From NCBI GenBank assembly GCA_964016885.1, contig OZ024743.1:355818001-355882000 (forward strand): DNA of 64,000 nucleotides. Direction: 5' to 3'. Positions within the stretch are counted from its first letter, which is position 1. Every line of letters starts with the position of its first letter. Shown here one piece after another: positions 1-17,254 of this stretch. The notes below the pieces were generated by a model. The model was not told the origin of the DNA. It saw only the letters and a list, made by a program, of their open reading frames with translations, and searched no databases. The translations under genes were made by a program, and so were the position numbers. Source of the DNA: Eledone cirrhosa (taxonomy: Eukaryota).

Positions 1-51
<51 letters not shown>

Positions 52-267
52 CATATATATTTAATTGCATTATTCAGTTACATATATCTTTCAACTGAAA
101 GATGAATCTAGAAAAATAAGTTTGTTGTTAATTAATAAAATCGACATGTTGAGTAGACAGACCGTTCAAAACCCTAGGGTTTACGTTAAAATTCATCTGA
201 ATAAAAGGGATACTTGTTGGTGAAATGATTGGGAATCAATGACTTAATGTGTCCTTTCCTTATTTAA

Positions 268-482
268 TCCTTTTGATACCAGCCCGGCCAAAACCTGCTT
301 CGTTCCTGACAAATAAAATTATTAATTTTAAAGGGTTCCTATTTAGATTAAAATCTAATATAAGTATATAAGAACCATATGTTTGGTTACTATCTTATTA
401 AAAGAATAATTAACAATGTTAGTAAATCTGTCAAAATTCTTCGGTGATTAATTGAAGTAGATTGTATAGGGTCATGAAAGGG
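268..482. mobile_element. Degenerate piggyBac-type MITE
   Basis: Flanked by TTAA at 264-267 and 483-486. The ends tccttttgatacc / ggtcatgaaaggg are imperfect inverted repeats, and the layout resembles the element at 47185-47389. Confidence 0.4.
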
Positions 483-1114
483 TTAAAACAGCTGAGTGTG
501 ATTGGAGTACATTTGGCTATTAAGTTTAGCAGGCAGAGCTACAATGTAGAGATGCCTTCTAAATACTGGTGGTAAGCACATCAAAGACGGGTATGATGGA
601 GTTGGTCAGAGCCAGGGCCTATGAGAGGGGGGGGGGGGGGGCAGCCGGTACTTTGCTCTGGGGCACAAGAGCTAAGAAGGCCCCACAGGAACCATGGAAC
701 ATCCATTTTGAGAAAAATATTTGCCTGCTGCGGGTCCCAAATGGGTCTTGTACCGCCTTACAAAGCCCTGGTCAGAGCCCAACAGATTGTTGCTCCTCTG
801 CAATTTGTATTGGTGTTGTGCATCTGAGGAAAGTGTTCTGGAACTATTGGTGTTGCAGTTATTTATGTGTATACACTATTACTACACATAGAAGGAAAAT
901 TATATGCATGTGAGCATGTCCGTACAATAGTGCATTAATGTTCGTTTTAATATAGTTCTGTGTAATTGTGTTTGAAAGTTTTCACTCAATATACTTACAT
1001 ATAACACTAATACGTATTCTGCGCGTGTCTCTCTTTCTCCCCACCCCCACCCCTTATCTCTCTTTCATTATATATATATATATATTTATATATATTTATA
1101 TATACATATATATT

Positions 1115-1180
<66 letters not shown>

Positions 1181-1892
1181 AAGAGAGAGAGATATGTAAA
1201 ATCCTGACCGCGGCGCCAAGCGGGTCGGGATATTACATATCTCTATACCCACTCTACATCTCCCGGTCTCAGCACCGCACACTCTATCTATATATATATA
1301 TATATTTGTGTGTGCGTGTGTGTGTGTGTCTGCGCGTGCGCGTGTAATAAATAATTCACATATAAACAAACGTAACGAACATAGCGCACAGTTCTTACCA
1401 TTTCCACACAACCACATATACAGGCAGACACATACACATGTGCAAGGACACACACATGTACAGGAACACACACACATGTACAGGCACACACACAACCACA
1501 TGTACAGACACACATACACACATATTGGAATTTTATTGAAAACAGAAGACATTCAGTCGACATTATTAACCATTTTTGACTGATCTTGCAGAAACTATAA
1601 CCCCATCCATCAATCTGGCCGTCACACCAACACACCCCCATGTTTAATAATTATCATTGGGCACGCAATTATTATTATTATTTTATTATTATTTTTGTTC
1701 AGTCTTTCATCTAAAACCATCCGCCATTTCTGCCAGCCATTACTTGCTTTTCCTATCCATCGACATTCTCTAACTTCATAAATATACATATAAATAAACG
1801 TAACATACAGTTATAAACAGAGCTTACATTTCTTGCTATTTTCACATAATCATTACACACAGGAACATACATATGTGTTATATATATTTATG

Positions 1893-4510
<2,618 letters not shown>

Positions 4511-4581
4511 CCGTTTCCTTTCGCTATATGTCTCTCCACCACTCCCCTACACACCTTTTGAACTCTGTTCCCACACACTTC

Positions 4582-4616
4582 TCACCTGAAGAAGGGCTTA
4601 TGCCCGAAACGTCGTC
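4582..4616 (+). ncRNA. Minimal type I hammerhead ribozyme motif in a Penelope-type 3' end
   Basis: CTGAAGA-A-GGGC-ttat-GCCC-GAAAC-GTC with palindromic ACGT stem III, followed by AATAAA and (TA)n. Stem I is weak (2 bp). Confidence 0.7.
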
Positions 4617-4701
4617 CCCCACCTACCCCCCACTCTCCTGAGCGTGAATTTAATAAACATTTATCGTACTGCCTCTCTGTTCTGTCCCTGTTCAATTTTT
4701 C

Positions 4702-4738
<37 letters not shown>

Positions 4739-4875
4739 AGAAGGGATATTCAATTTGTTGGTAATTCAACAAATATAAATGTTTATAACTGATTCAGAGC
4801 ACTCGACAGATTTTATGGAGTATAATATTCAATGATATTAAATAAATGGAAACTATATTTATAAAACCATATTTA

Positions 4876-4932
4876 TTCTATTATATATATTTCAAGGGTA
4901 ACAAAACTTTGGTACGCTATCATCAGATAAAA
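4876..4932 (-). ncRNA. Type I hammerhead ribozyme motif (stem II degenerate)
   Basis: Minus strand reads ttttat-CTGATGA-...-GAAAT-ATAT-ATA-atagaa, giving a 6-bp stem I and a palindromic stem III. Confidence 0.55.
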
Positions 4933-4944
4933 TACGATGTGTGT

Positions 4945-5058
4945 TTTATAAATTTTGATATAACCAAGGTAAATATACCTTAACGGTTCAAGTTTTCCTA
5001 TCCAAGGAAAACTTGAACCGTTAAGGTATGTTTACCTTGGTTATGTCAAAATTTATAA
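4945..5058. repeat. Fold-back palindrome (~54-bp arms) at the 5' junction of a Penelope fragment
   Basis: ttataaattttgatataaccaagg...caagttttcct / aggaaaacttg...ccttggttatgtcaaaatttataa, with about 2 mismatches. Confidence 0.9.
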
Positions 5059-5140
5059 TAACAATAACATTACAATCAATAGAACATTTCGGAGTACTAA
5101 TAATGTTAATGTAAATAGTACAATTTATAGTAATAACAAT

Positions 5141-5593
5141 AAATCGAAATGTAATTGTAGAAATAGACCAGATTGCCCTCTGCAAAATAATTGTCTGGAT
5201 AGCAATCTGGTATATAAATACACCGTAAAAGCAAATAACATCACATACAACTATATTGGTGCAACTTCTTCGACATTTAAATCAAGATTTGCGAATCACA
5301 AATGCTCTTTTTCGAATCCTAATAGGAAATCTTAGACTTCTTTATCACAACTTATATGGTCATTAAAAGACAAAAATTTAAAATACTCGATTTCTTGGAC
5401 GAAGTTGTGTAATAGTAGAATTTACTTGAATTCTTCAATATCACCTAACTGCAACCTCTGTACCATGGAAACCCTTTTAATAATTACTAATTATGAAAAT
5501 TTAATTAACAAAAATAGTGAATTATTCTCAAACTGCCTTCATAAAGCTTTGTCTACATTCCAAGCCTCGCAAAAAGTCAGGAAAAAACACTAA
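5141..5593 (+). pseudogene. Penelope-like GIY-YIG endonuclease C-terminal remnant
   Basis: Translates to KCNCRNRPDCPLQNNCLDSNLVYKY..YIGATSSTFKSRFANHKCSF..*TSLSQLIWSLKD..CNLCTME..LINKNSELFSNCLHK, with one in-frame stop. Confidence 0.9.
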
Positions 5594-7580
5594 ATAAACA
5601 GGTTCTAAATTTTGACGTCTCTTATCAACTGTGTACCTAAAACGTTATAACAGATTATAAAAGTTTAATAATTTTTTTATTTTTTATTCATTTATGATAT
5701 GATTAATGTTAGGTCCTGTTTAGGTATATAAGCATATTATTTGTTAACATGATCTCTTGAGGAATGTGCATATCATTTGATTGTTTAGATATATTTAATT
5801 TTGATTGGGATTCTTGTATATTTTTTTTAATATATGGCTTATATGCTTAACAGTTATAATGTACCGTAAATCATTCATGCATTTATGTTTTTGTATATTT
5901 ATTCATTTGGAATATGTTTTACGATTCAGGAAGTTTGATTTATATATTTTTATTTATTTATATTTACGGTATATGCGTCACACACCATACTAGTCGACAA
6001 ACTTTTTTTTCCACTTAACTTGATGTAAAACTTCAATTATAACATTACTAACAATGATTGTACTTATTATTTATTATATGTATATCGATCACTAATATCT
6101 GGAATACTCTATTTATATTTGAACAAATCTGTATATCTAGTATAATAACATGCTTCTAGTTACATTTATAAGTACTTTAGATACTTTAATGACTTTCTAG
6201 AGTTATAATCGTTAAATATTTTCTAAATATTTTCTAAATTTTCTAAGTTATATAACGATTATTATTTAATTTAATTTAATTAAATTCAGTCAATGAAATC
6301 CTTAGGTTTTCTCTTTCTCATGTTTGCAGACACATTATACAACTATATAAATTTAAAAAAAAAATGTTTCTTGTATTTTTAAACTATATAGCTTGGATAT
6401 TGGGCATTTTTAAGATCGCAAACAATTCACTTTTTTACTTTGAATCTGATTCTTATCCTTATGATTCATGAAGTTTGACTTGTATATTTATAGTATTTAT
6501 GTATTACATGACCTTATTATAATAATTGATCTAAAACCTTAATTTTTAACAATATTATCAGTAACTTATTTATTGTATTATATTATGTTATATATAACTG
6601 ATAGGTATCATCTTAATCTTTAGACAATATAATCTTTGTTTATATTTAGACAAATGCATATATCTAATTTAATAATAAACGTTTTTTTAAGTTTAATTAT
6701 AAGGCCTTTTGATGCTTTAAGGCATTCTAATTGTTAATCTTAATTTTTAAAATTATAACTAATTATTTTATAAATTATATAATGCGAATTATCTTCAATA
6801 TAATATAATAAAATGTAATAAGAATTACCTTCGTGAGGATGAAAATATCATGTCTTCTTTCTCATGTTTGCAAATAGTTTAAATATGATTTCATAAAATA
6901 TGATTTTATAAATTAAATATGATAGTATACTTTAATATTAATACAGATATTTATAAACTTTTATAGCCTGAAATATTAAACACTTTGATTAATTCATTAC
7001 TCTGAACTAAATTAAATGATTTGAAAGTTAACGGTCAACCGGATACGTTTGGATAGTATATACAACTAATTAACTAATGGACTGGAAATTAACCTTCATA
7101 TAATTACACCCAGTTATATTTAGGATTTAGATTGATGAATATTTCTAGATAATTCAATAATTCAAAGATTCGAGTTTACTCTATCGCATAGCTATGCCCA
7201 AATGTATAGTTATGTATAGATATATATATATAATTCATCCCTCCCTATAATTATTCCTCTTTGTCTCTCTTTCCTTGATCAATTCTCTTTTGCTCTCTAT
7301 ACATCTACTAGCTATATTTTCCCCTCATCTGTTTTCTCTCTGTATTTCTTTTCTTTCTTTCCTCTTTCTTCAATAATTTAAATTATTTGAATCTCTAACA
7401 GTTATGTAAATAGCTGTTATGTATTTTTAAGCTTTCTCACACGCACCCTCTGTATTATATGTAAGTTTTTTCATGTCTCAATCTTAAGGTATATAAATAT
7501 TAAGTTTTGTCATATCTTACTCACTACCATGGCTGGATCTTAACCATCTACTATGTCAGGATATGTCATGCATCATCTTA

Positions 7581-7643
7581 TTTTATCTGATGGGGACGTA
7601 CTGTTGAAGTTAGCTCAGTACCTTTGAAATATGTATAATAAAA
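7581..7643 (+). ncRNA. Hammerhead ribozyme motif with a core variant (CTGATGG)
   Basis: ttttat-CTGATGG-..gtactg..cagtac..-GAAAT-ATGT-ATA-ataaaa, with a perfect 6-bp stem I. Confidence 0.55.
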
Positions 7644-7710
7644 TATACTTGATCACAAGAAGTTCTATTTTTGTTAATATTTTGAATTAATATATATATA
7701 TATACATATA

Positions 7711-7990
<280 letters not shown>

Positions 7991-8095
7991 ATCGGTTATT
8001 GCCTTTCTCTTGGACAACATCGGTCGCGTGGCGTGGAGAGGGGAAACTTTCTAGGTGCAAAACCATGGTCATCCGTGACCGAGTGGGGCTTTCTT

Positions 8096-8140
<45 letters not shown>

Positions 8141-8591
8141 ATTCCCCTTGTGATTTCTACACGTGGTTTAACTTACCACTGTGTCATTCACTTATTTGGT
8201 ACAGAGCGAAATACCTGTTGATAACGTGATATTCCTTGTTCGATCATTATACCCAAAGCTTATATTTTAAAGCAGACTGTATTTTGATTTAGGTGTCACA
8301 GAAACTCTACATCGGATTTTAACTGCAATTCCGGGAGTCCAGGTCTGGTTATCATTTATTTTTTATCATTTATTTTGTTTTGACCTGTTTAGCTTGATTT
8401 GGTTTTGGGCTTGGCTGGTTAATGCCTTCTTGACCACCTTTTCAGTTTTGTATGGCTTCTTAACACATTGTTTAGCTCTGGTTTTTAACTATTGAGCACT
8501 TTTCCAGTATCATTTCTGATTTTTGCGTTTCGCTTCGCTTTTCCTGCCCGCCGAAATGCGATTCTCGCTGAATCTTTATTTGTATATGTAT

Positions 8592-8769
8592 GTTTACAGA
8601 TTGACTTTGTTAGTTTCAGAAGATCCCGTTAAGGGTGAAAGCAGCGATTCTTTGCTTAAACTTTAATCTGTTATTTTAATAAATATTTGCTCTACGGTTC
8701 TTATATATTTGATATATATTTATCCTTATCGAGCCCTCTTTGGATTTTAGTCTTCAAATTTATTATTAT

Positions 8770-8770
<1 letters not shown>
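8592..8770 (+). mobile_element. Penelope pseudo-LTR 3' end (inverted copy of 2017-2196)
   Basis: Near-identical reverse complement of 2017-2196, ending in (TA)n. Confidence 0.85.
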
Positions 8771-8843
<73 letters not shown>

Positions 8844-9224
8844 GTATATATATATATACATATATTATATATGTGTGTGTATGTGTGTATATATATTTAT
8901 ATGTGTGTGTGTGTGTGTGTGTGTTAATTTGTGGAGAAAGAAGATACCTCCTTAATTCATAAGCTACAAATGGCTGCAATATTTTGGACCTTCAAAATCT
9001 GTAAAACATTCTTACGATTCATAGGATGAACACTTATACAAAAGATAATAATTTCCTTTTCTTTCCAACCTTGCCACCGGGAAGGAGGACGATCCAAAAT
9101 AAACTCAAAATTAAGAAAACGAGAGAGCATACAAACATCGAGGATCGGCTAAAATGTTTCTAGGCTGACCAAGATACTCTCATGCAATAACCAAATGGGC
9201 TTTATTTTTTAACATAGTCACTGG

Positions 9225-9423
9225 AAAGAAACAATTTGGAGGGAGGGGAAAGTGGATTAAATCGACCCCAGTGCGTGACTGGTACTTTATTTTATCGACC
9301 CCCGTAAGCATGAAAGGCAAAGTTAACCTCGGCGGGATTTGAACTCAGATCATAAAGGGCTGTAAATCTATGCTTCAAAGCATGGTGTCCGACCCTCTAC
9401 CGATACTGCCAATCTACCGCCCT
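9225..9423 (-). mobile_element. tRNA-derived SINE, family A
   Basis: Matches the family consensus seen intact at 50631-50810. Confidence 0.8.
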
Positions 9424-9938
9424 TACAATGTAGTTATTAATGAGAAGAGTTGAAATGAATGCATGCAAGATGTCACAGCTCTAGAATCAATTCTTCAAAG
9501 TCAGTCTTTGAACGTTTCAGCCGACCCTTATACGTGCATACATACGTAGTTTGTATTTCATACATACATACGTAATAATGATCACTATTGTCATCAACAT
9601 GCTAAGTGAATATACGTCGTTGAGAAGATTTAATATTTAAACATGGCCATTGCGTTCATTTACCAGCTTAGTATAAAGACGGTCTCTCCCTTTCTTGTTT
9701 CTCAGTACCTGGATTCCCACAAGAAGAGCTTTGGTGTCGAAATTGCGCTACTGTAGTCGGTTTTATCGGCTTTCTCTTCGTCCCTTAAAATTGCTGGTTT
9801 TGTGACTAAATTTTAAACAATTTTTCTCTTTGTTTACTTTATTCGCCCTTCTTCTCTTGCATCTCTCATATAATACATCTCCCTCTATTATGTACATCAT
9901 CACTTTCTCCCCTCTCTCTCTTTTACCTTGTCTTCAAG

Positions 9939-10026
<88 letters not shown>

Positions 10027-10229
10027 TAGTTCCATAACAGTTAGTTCACCATACAAATGTTTGACCTATTCGGATCCTCAGCTCGGTTTGAGTGAAGCTG
10101 TACGGAAAAGGCCTTTTCCATACAACTTCATTCAACTAACTGTTGTGGAACTACTTCTACCTAACTCATCCCATGGACTGAGGGCTCAACTACTACGAAT
10201 ATAACCATCCAGTGTTCTACTATATATAT

Positions 10230-10303
<74 letters not shown>

Positions 10304-10394
10304 CTATCTGTCTGTCTTTCTTTTACACACACACACACTTCGAGTACATTTACCTCTTCCGTCACATTCTCTAGGCATCTCTTCTTACGTCACC

Positions 10395-10443
<49 letters not shown>

Positions 10444-10587
10444 CCTCTTCTAATAGTTTCAATCTATTCTCTTCCATTTTTCTCTTTCTTCTTCTTTCGC
10501 TCTGTTTCTTTCTATTTCTCTCACTCAAACTTAACTCACACCTTAAGCCATTTCTCTTTTCCTCTCACTCTCAATATTTTCTACCAC

Positions 10588-10635
<48 letters not shown>

Positions 10636-11380
10636 TCTCTCTCTCTTTCTCACACACTTCTCACAAATTTCTCTGAACCACCAGCCCTCCTTCTCTGCCT
10701 CTAACTGCCACTGTTCTCCACCATCTCTCTCTTCCTCACTTTCGCTCCCCACATCCTCTCTCTGCATTATTCCCCCATTTATTTCTCTATCATGTCTCTC
10801 TCTCCCATTCTCACATACTCATTACATTATCTCCCCCCCCCCCCTTTCTCTCTCTAATTGTTCTCTGCTAGCCCTTTCTCTTATTCTCACTCACTCTCCT
10901 CACAAACACTATCACTCTTTCATTTCACAACTACCCTCCACTTGCCAACTACTCTCACATTTCACAAACACCCTTCTCCGGCCCCACCCTCAGTTACTAG
11001 CCTCTTCATTAAGGACCATAGCACAGATATGCTAACCTATCATTTTAGGGCAAACTTTAGCCCTAATATCTATGAATAAGTAGAGTTTGATGAGAGTCTC
11101 TTTGACATTGATATAGTAAAGATTCCATCTTTCTTCTTAGCCAATCACGTCTCACTTTGTTTAACCGTACAACAAATCTCCACCACCACCACCACCACCA
11201 CCACCACCACCACCACCATCATCCATGCGCACACACACACACACACTAAAAAGACCTACCCCTCATTAACCAACAAACCAGCTTGCCAACCTTCCACTAC
11301 CAACATCCTCATCCTCATCCTCATCATCAACATCATCATCATCACCATCATATTCATCGTTGTGCTCATAATAATAATAA

Positions 11381-11618
11381 TAATTGTTTCTACTTTTGGC
11401 ACAAGGCCAGCAATTACCCAGTACAGTACTGGTACTTTATTTTATAAATAATTGTTTCTACTTTAGGCACAAGGCCAGCAATTACCCAGTGCATTACTGG
11501 TACTTTATTTTATCGACCCCGTAAGGATGAAAGGCGGGATTTGAACTCAGATCATAAAGGGACGTAACTATGCTGGAAAGCATGGCGTCCGACCCTCTAC
11601 CGATACTGCCAATCCACC
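11381..11618 (-). mobile_element. SINE family A (one partial plus one near-complete copy)
   Basis: ataattgtttctact...ggcacaaggccagcaattacccag...gatactgccaat. Confidence 0.8.
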
Positions 11619-11634
11619 TTTATTTTATAAATAA

Positions 11635-12050
11635 TAATATTTGTAAGGTTTTGTCTACCAATCGGTTGCTAGGTGAAGCGTTAATTGGCCTCATATCTAG
11701 TCCCTGGTCTCAGAGGTTCATTATATCACACAGGACCCTGGTAGTTCTAGTGGTGGTAGAAATTTAAGCACTGCCTATAAAGTCAAGGATCCCAAGGCCT
11801 TTGATGAAAGACGTAAAGAGCTTAGGAACCGTGCCTTATGCCCCAATGACGATTGGCACGACTTCAGTCTCTACATGGTGCTCTGTTCTAATAGCGCCTG
11901 CAAGTTCTGTATATTTATTGATCTTTTCCATTTCCTCTTCAGCCTCATTGTGATCTTGGAGGACCGCAATATCAATTAGAGTCCATTTTGAGGGTTAGAT
12001 CCCGATTAGATATTTAGATAACATCTATGAACTCGGCTGGTCTCGCTTGA
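11635..12050 (-). pseudogene. RLE-type (R4/Dong-like) non-LTR retrotransposon 3' remnant
   Basis: Minus strand translates WTLIDIAVLQDHNE..EKINKYTELAGAI..VVPIVIGA*GTVPK, the restriction-like endonuclease C-terminus typical of this group. Confidence 0.7.
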
Positions 12051-12145
12051 AGATACAGCCGGATCAATCGGAGACGGTTGCTTCTGACAGGACACACCGT
12101 AATATGTGCTTGAGAACTAACCCCCCCCCCCCCCCCCCCCCCCAC

Positions 12146-12230
12146 GAAGAAGAAGAAGAAGAAGAAGAAGAAGAAGAAGAAGAAGAAGAAGAAGAAGAAG
12201 AAGAAGAAGAAGAAGAAGAAGAAGAAGAAG
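12146..12230. repeat. (GAA)n microsatellite preceded by a poly-C run
   Basis: Seen directly in the sequence. Confidence 0.95.
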
Positions 12231-13119
12231 ATCGCCAATGGGGGTGGGGGATTGTACTTTAGGGTAATTCTAGAGGGAACCCTACAAAACCCTGGATTAT
12301 ACTGTCACTTTCTTCTCTACCCTCGCCTACCTTCTTAAATTGTAATAGAAGTTGAGGAGAACTTTGCTGGACAGGAAGATTTTTTATCTTCAAAACCATT
12401 TGGACGTGTCCGCTATACAGGTTCTTTCGTCGTAACTACCAGACAGAGGAACATTTTCCTTGCTTCCTTTCTAACGGAAGGTAGCAGTTCAATTTTCACT
12501 ATAGAAGCAGCTGATAACCAGATCTGTCGCCCACGTGATAGCAGTTGTTCGATACAAGTCCACAAGTCTGCTATTCACGGACACTGGTTTTCGTCGTCAT
12601 GTGTGCATCTTGGACATGTGCGGCTGTTGGCGTTTCCGTGCCTGTAGGGATGGTCTTCAATAGATAGAGCCCCTCTCTAGCACTGCCATGCCAATCGTCC
12701 ATTATCTCCATTATCTCCATCACTACCAACATATCATCGTTAACATCATCATCATCATCCCCGTTTTTATTAAGATCCTCTTCAACGCAATCACCATCAT
12801 TGTCATTATAATCGTCGTTCTCCTCATCATTGTCCACAACATCATAATCAACATCATCGTAAAAAAAAGAAGTTACCTTCCTCCTCAACGTCATTATCAG
12901 CAACAATAACACACTTTTAATATGTAGTTACCGGAAAATACATCGACAACGATACACTAATTAGCAATTGACCGACTAACATTGACAAAAGTGAAGGCAA
13001 TTAGCCGAATGATTAGGGTGTTGGACTCACTAACGATTCGATTCCTGGACCGGGTGGTGTATTGTGATCTTGGGGAAGAAGTTTCATTTCACGTTGCTTT
13101 TTAAGAGTATGATTGGAAT

Positions 13120-13481
13120 CAGACCTGCCAACCTCTAAAACACCAAACGGGTAGTACCATGAAAAAAGGTGCCCCCAAATGGGGAGAAATTAAGCAAAAG
13201 GGGGAGATTTTACATAATTGTTTCTATTTTAGGCACAAGGCCAGCAATTACCCAGTGCATTACTGGTACTTTATTTTATCGACCCCGTAAGGATGAAAGG
13301 CAAAGTCAACCTCGGCGGGATTTGAACTCAGATCGTAAAGGGACGTAACTATGCTGGAAAGCATGGCGTCCGACCCTCTACCGATACTGCTATATCCATT
13401 TTCACAAGAGAAGACATATCTCACCCACCGCAAAGTGGATGGGAGATCTCCCCCATCGGACGGGGAGAGTTGACAGGTCTG
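13120..13481. mobile_element. MITE (hAT-like TIRs) interrupted by a SINE A copy at ~13214-13392
   Basis: TIRs CAGACCTGCCAAC / GTTGACAGGTCTG. Uninterrupted relatives occur at ~38838-39050 and 40040-40235. Confidence 0.75.
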
Positions 13482-14545
13482 TGGAGTTATCTAGAAATCT
13501 GCAAGCTATCTAAACCTGTGTGAACTGTAAATTTCATTTTTTTTTTTCATTTTCTATGATCAATAACAAGTTAATTAATATCAGGATTTCTACAAATGGT
13601 TAAAATATAATAACTACATGCTTATTACTCATACATGGTTGTGTGGTTAAGGAGTTTGCTTAGTAAACCTGTGGTGTCGGGTTCGCTCTCACTGTGCGGC
13701 ACCTTGGACAAATGTCTACTTTAACTTCGAGTTAATCAATGCCCTTTGAATGAAATTTTGAAGACGAAATCTGGAGAAGCCTGTTATATATATATATGAA
13801 TGTGTGTGTATGTGAGTGCGTGCATGTGTGTGGGTGTATGTGAGTGCGTGCATATATGTGTGTGTGTGTGTGTGTGAATTTACGTCTAACATTACGTCCC
13901 GTAACCTAAGAGTTCGTCAAAAAGATCGTTAAAGTAAGTACCGTACTTGAAGAAATATATACTGAGGTCGGAGTATTGGACCAAATCCCTTTAATCTCCC
14001 AGCATAGTGGGAGATTAATGACTGAAAAAAGTAAAAGTGTAAAATCTATTTTAAATATATATCATAAAAACATTGTATTCCTAAAATGTGATGCTATGAG
14101 CCCAGTTTCTTAAATTCATCCTTTGACTCATAACACCTGGTGGAGTCGTAGGGGCGCTATCATGATATACGACGTGGGTTTCTTTCTTTTTTTTTTTTTT
14201 CACATTTAAAATTGGTGGAGACCACCCTTCTCCAAGCCTGAATACAACTGATTTCTTCCACACACAGAGAGAGGAGAGAGGGGTGGGGGCAACTGACACA
14301 AGTACTTGACTAATACTTTGATTATCGAACTCGAAAGAATGAAAGGCAAAGTTGACCTCAGCAGAATTTGGAATTTGAACTCAGGGGCAAAGAGTCGAAA
14401 CGAATACCGCAATGCAACCTATCCGCTGTTCTAACGACTCTGCGAGTTCTCACCTTCAACACATTAAGTATAAAACGATAAACTCATTAGGTTTGGAGTT
14501 AACAACAAGCCTTATTATTCTTTCATCACAATCATGATATTAGAC

Positions 14546-14704
14546 CAGCCATGGGCAACCTTTTTCGAGCAATGGGCACATAAGATGTGCCTCATCGTAA
14601 GGTGGGCCACACTACTAAAAAAAGGCCATTTTGAAATTAAGCGTACCATTCAGAAAGTCAAACGGGCCACATGGGGCTCGCGGGCCGCAGTTTGCCCATG
14701 ACTG
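14546..14704. mobile_element. hAT-superfamily MITE
   Basis: TIRs CAGCCATGGGCAA / TTGCCCATGACTG, with a perfect 8-bp TSD TATTAGAC at 14538-14545 and 14705-14712. Confidence 0.9.
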
Positions 14705-15654
14705 TATTAGACTATCACACAGTGCCACGATGAATTTCCCTGAGAACTACATTAAGAGTACAAGGGTCCGTAAAATATTCAGTCACTTGCACGTTCATTT
14801 CACGAGCAAGCTGTTCCGTTGACTGAACAGGGGTCAAGGGATGAGAGAGAGAGAGGGAGGGAGAGAGCGAGAGAGACAGAGAGAGGGAGAGAGAGAGAGA
14901 GTTTTGTTGTTTACCTTTCCAATACCAGATTTATCACGGTGCAAATGTTACGCTGTAATTCTTTTTATGAATAAAATAATTGTTGAAAACTTACATTTTT
15001 CCTTTTCTTCACCCACTTATTTGTGAGATGGTCGTGGGAGGAGAATCCTCAGACACATCTTCCAGGCATCTGTCCCTACGACTCTCCCAAAAATAAGAGG
15101 AGGAGGAGAATGTAAATTTTTCAACGCCTGTTCCTTTAATTTTAAATAAGTAACTTGTTTATATTGCTTACTTATTTAGAGTTAAATTAATATGACTTTA
15201 AAAAACAGGTGATATTTATACTTAGAATTACATGAAATGGAATAGATCTCCGTCGGTTTCGACGATGAGTGCAAGTAGTTGAGCATTCTACAAACACGTG
15301 TACCTTTAACATAATTGGCAAGAGATTCAGCGTGACGGGGTTTATGACAAAGGAAGTCCTTTGAATTACAGATATAGTCCATTTGATGGGCTTCCAAACA
15401 GTTTCTGTCTACTCAATTCAATTACACTCACAAAAAAAAGCATGGGTCGAACTGTGGCTCCGGCAAATGACACTTGACCAAGATGCGATGCAGTGGGATC
15501 GAACTCGAAACTTAATGATTGCGAAACGAACTCCTTAAACATTTGACCAAGCCGCGTCCACATTAATATATATAATTTAAAAATATATAAAATTGTTGCG
15601 TCGGACCTGGAAGAAAACTGAATTTTAAATCTATTATTTAACAATATTAGGGGG

Positions 15655-15860
15655 GGGGGATTGGTAGCATCGGCAGAGCGTCGGACACCATGCTTTCCAA
15701 CATAGAGTTATGGCCTTTATGTTCTGAGTCCAAACCCGACGAGGTTAGCTTTGCCTTTCATTCTTAAAATAAAGCACCAGTAATGCACTGCGGTCGATTT
15801 AATCGACTTTCCCCATTCCTTCAAATTGTTGGCCGTGTGCCTATACGAGAAACAATTATT
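15655..15860 (+). mobile_element. SINE family A, diverged
   Basis: ttggtagcatcgg...gagtccaaacc...gcctttcattc...gaaacaattatt. Confidence 0.7.
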
Positions 15861-16902
15861 TAACAATACTTGCCTGTCAGACAATAAACAAGTGGAGACT
15901 GTGACCATTGTTGTTGTTGTGGTTAGGGTATCAGTTGATTTTAATCCTGTCTATATGGTGGTGGTGGTGGCGGTGGTGGTGGTGTTGTTGTTGTTGCTGC
16001 TGCTGCTGCTGCTGCTGTTGTTGTTGTTGTTGTTGTTGTTTTGTTTTAATGTTTTTTTGCTTTATCTCTTTTAATGGGATCTGCTTTCCGAAAGTGTGTG
16101 TATGCTAGCTGGCCTTAAGTCGGCCCTTACGCTTAATTTTCTTTTGTGTTATTCCTTTTAATGAGGTCTGTTGTGTATATGTGCATGTTGACAGTAATAT
16201 AGGATGTTACAAATAATATCAATGTGACAGCGTTTATAACAACTGATGCGTCACTTCACCTAATGTCGGCGTCCCACGTCTGGACAGGAAGTTGAGATAT
16301 ATTGTACCAGGCTAGCCTATTGCATTTTGACACGGATGGACAGTCGATTCTATCAACCCAGTTCTTGGTTAATATTTTATTTTATTGACCCCGGAATGCA
16401 GAAAAGCGAATTTAATCTTGGCGAGATTTGAGCTGGCATTCTAAAGATTTTGCTGATCCGCCACCCACTCCTAAGATACATCTGCCTTTTATGTAGTTCT
16501 CAGGGAGATTCAGTGTGACACAGTGTGTAACAAGTCTGACGTTTTTGAATTAGATGTATTGCCCATTCGACAGACTTCTGCCTAATTTTCCCTCATAAGG
16601 CTCTGGTAAAAGACACTTGCCAGAGTAGTCAGTTTGGAACACGGGACTTAATGACTGCGAAACGAACTATTTGAGTAGATATAATTAACACTACACTCAC
16701 AGGAACTTAGGTGAGGAACTAAGGAACTTAGATGAGGAGAATTAACCTAATTTCAAAAGAGAAAATAAAATAAAATTAGACAGCATAGCCCGCCAACGAC
16801 ATTAACAGAAACATCACACATCACGTTGATGTGTGATGTAAACATTAATGATCTCTGACAGCGGTGTATGTCATTGTTGTTGGCACACAGGAAACATGAA
16901 GT

Positions 16903-16962
<60 letters not shown>

Positions 16963-17140
16963 TATTTATTTATAAAAATAGGTATGTATGTGTGGGTGTG
17001 TGTTGGTATATATTCATTCACCATATTTGATATACCATATATATATATATATATATATATATAACGAAGGAAATGTGGTAAGGAACCAGGTGGACCATAA
17101 CGCACCAAAGTACTCAATACTTGGGGCAGTAGAGTGGGTA

Positions 17141-17254
17141 ATAGGAACCAGTAAGACCCCGACGGCTGAGCTCAAGCCGTTTCGACGGCTAATTCTGGAC
17201 TAGAATTAGCCGTCGAAACGGCTTGAGCTCAGCCGTCGGGGTCTTACTGGTTCC

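Larger units (their letters stand above)
5000..7688 (+). mobile_element. 5'-truncated Penelope-like element with ~2-kb AT-rich 3' region
   Basis: GIY-YIG remnant, then a long AT-rich tract, a hammerhead-like motif at 7581-7643 and a (TA)n/(CA)n tract. The boundaries are inferred. Confidence 0.6.

Noticed and set aside
12571-12912. Acidic Asp-rich ORF
   Set aside because: Derived from a degenerate (CAT)n trinucleotide tract.
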